From a phage, in sequence record BH153113.1: DNA of 212 bases; one strand, written 5' to 3'. A program made the translations under genes and the position numbers. Below the pieces are notes generated by a model. The model had not been told where the DNA came from and did not search any database. It saw only the letters and a list, made by a program, of their open reading frames with translations. This document shows positions 1 through 212 of the stretch, piece after piece; within the stretch, counting starts at the first letter, position 1; each line of letters starts with the position of its first letter.

Positions 1-129
1 TACGAGATGATTAAACTTTGGCGTGATGTTTATCTGGGCGTTCTCTGCAACACAGATAAAAGTGCACATGCGGCTGCGGTACTGGCATCTCATGCGGTAC
101 ACGAAGCCAAAAAGAAATTTAGTAAGTAA
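1..129 (+). CDS. 3' end of a protein-coding ORF of unknown function; the 5' end is probably outside the window, or the ORF starts at ATG 7-9 and encodes 40 aa
   Basis: Seen in sequence: frame 1 is open from base 1 to TAA at 127-129 and translates as YEMIKLWRDVYLGVLCNTDKSAHAAAVLASHAVHEAKKKFSK*. Codon choice matches enterobacterial preference (ctg x3, gcg x4, cgt, aaa x4, gaa, gat). Stops fall in all three plus-strand frames within 14 nt (TAA 127-129, TGA 131-133, TAA 138-140), as expected at a real gene end. The only in-frame ATG is at 7-9, and the 6 nt upstream (tacgag) hold no well-spaced Shine-Dalgarno, so the start is probably upstream of the window. Inference: the codon-aligned minus-strand frame is also open but reads like antisense (Cys/Arg/Phe-rich, with cga, ata, aga, cgg), so I favour the plus strand. 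Confidence 0.5.
   Translation, partial: YEMIKLWRDVYLGVLCNTDKSAHAAAVLASHAVHEAKKKFSK
75..100 (+). repeat. 8-bp direct repeat tgcggtac at 75-82 and 93-100, inside the CDS
   Basis: Seen in sequence: identical octamers 18 nt apart, each preceded by catgcgg-like context (catgcgg at 67-73 and 91-97). This produces the peptide-level echo HAAAVLASHAVH. Probably a small internal duplication or chance in an Ala-rich segment. Confidence 0.6.
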
Positions 130-141
130 CTGATTATTAAG

Positions 142-155
142 CCGATCACCGATCA
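142..155. repeat. Perfect tandem direct repeat, 2 x 7 bp (ccgatca ccgatca), containing two GATC (Dam) sites at 144-147 and 151-154
   Basis: Seen in sequence: 142-148 and 149-155 are both ccgatca. It begins 13 nt after the TAA stop, in probable intergenic DNA. Any function is inference only. Confidence 0.85.
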
Positions 156-212
156 TATTGATGGACTTTGGTCGCCAGCAAGTGAAATAGAATACTATTC
201 GCGTGATTGTGG

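Noticed and set aside
29-60. Perfect 8-bp inverted repeat tttatctg (29-36) / cagataaa (53-60) with a 16-nt loop, inside the CDS
   Set aside because: The stem is AT-rich and short with a large loop, so predicted stability is low. It lies inside coding sequence with no adjacent U-tract or obvious regulatory context, and is most likely coincidental.
158-163. -35-like hexamer ttgatg (4 of 6 match to TTGACA)
   Set aside because: There is no usable -10 at 16-18 bp spacing: 181-186 is agtgaa, and the better tagaat lies 24 bp away.
161-190. Mini-ORF ATG 161 to TAG 188-190 (MDFGRQQVK*), a possible leader peptide
   Set aside because: There is no Shine-Dalgarno-like sequence upstream (ccgatcatattg), and nine codons are indistinguishable from chance.
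1-212. Minus-strand ORF with no stop across the entire window (codon-aligned antisense of plus frame 1), translating TITRIVFYFTCWRPKSINMIGDRLNNQLLTKFLFGFVYRMRCQYRSRMCTFICVAENAQINITPKFNHLV
   Set aside because: It is open only because the plus frame contains no TTA, CTA or TCA codons; such shadow ORFs are common opposite real genes. Its composition (Cys/Arg/Phe-rich) and several rare codons (cga x2, ata x2, aga, cgg) look like antisense, not coding. A homology search could overturn this.
146-212. Possible 3' end of a convergent minus-strand ORF terminating with TGA (plus-strand tca at 146-148), C-terminus ...HNHANSILFHLLATKVHQYDR*
   Set aside because: Only 21 codons are visible, it contains rare codons (cta, cgg), and there is no supporting signal. 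An open frame of that length is expected by chance.
130-212. Search for a rho-independent terminator after the stop codon
   Set aside because: I found no GC-rich hairpin followed by a T-run. The best candidate (tggtcgcca, 169-177) has only a 3-bp stem. Termination may occur beyond the window or be Rho-dependent.
1-212. CRISPR repeats, insertion-sequence terminal inverted repeats, tRNA/rRNA or other structured RNA, integrase att-site signatures
   Set aside because: I see no repeat-spacer periodicity, no terminal inverted repeats, and no cloverleaf-compatible segments. The window is too short and shows none of these signatures.

Overview
This 212-bp window (about 43% GC by my hand count) most plausibly holds the 3' end of a plus-strand protein-coding gene (1-129, TAA stop at 127-129) followed by about 83 bp of probable intergenic sequence. 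I do not recognise the gene and cannot run a homology search. I see no tRNA, rRNA, CRISPR array, mobile-element terminus or convincing terminator. I find no support for a novel biological system in this window; it is too short to show one. The observations worth a second look are small: a perfect 2 x 7-bp tandem repeat carrying two GATC sites just after the stop, a frame that stays open across the stop codon, and the chance that the ORF is a complete 40-aa small protein.
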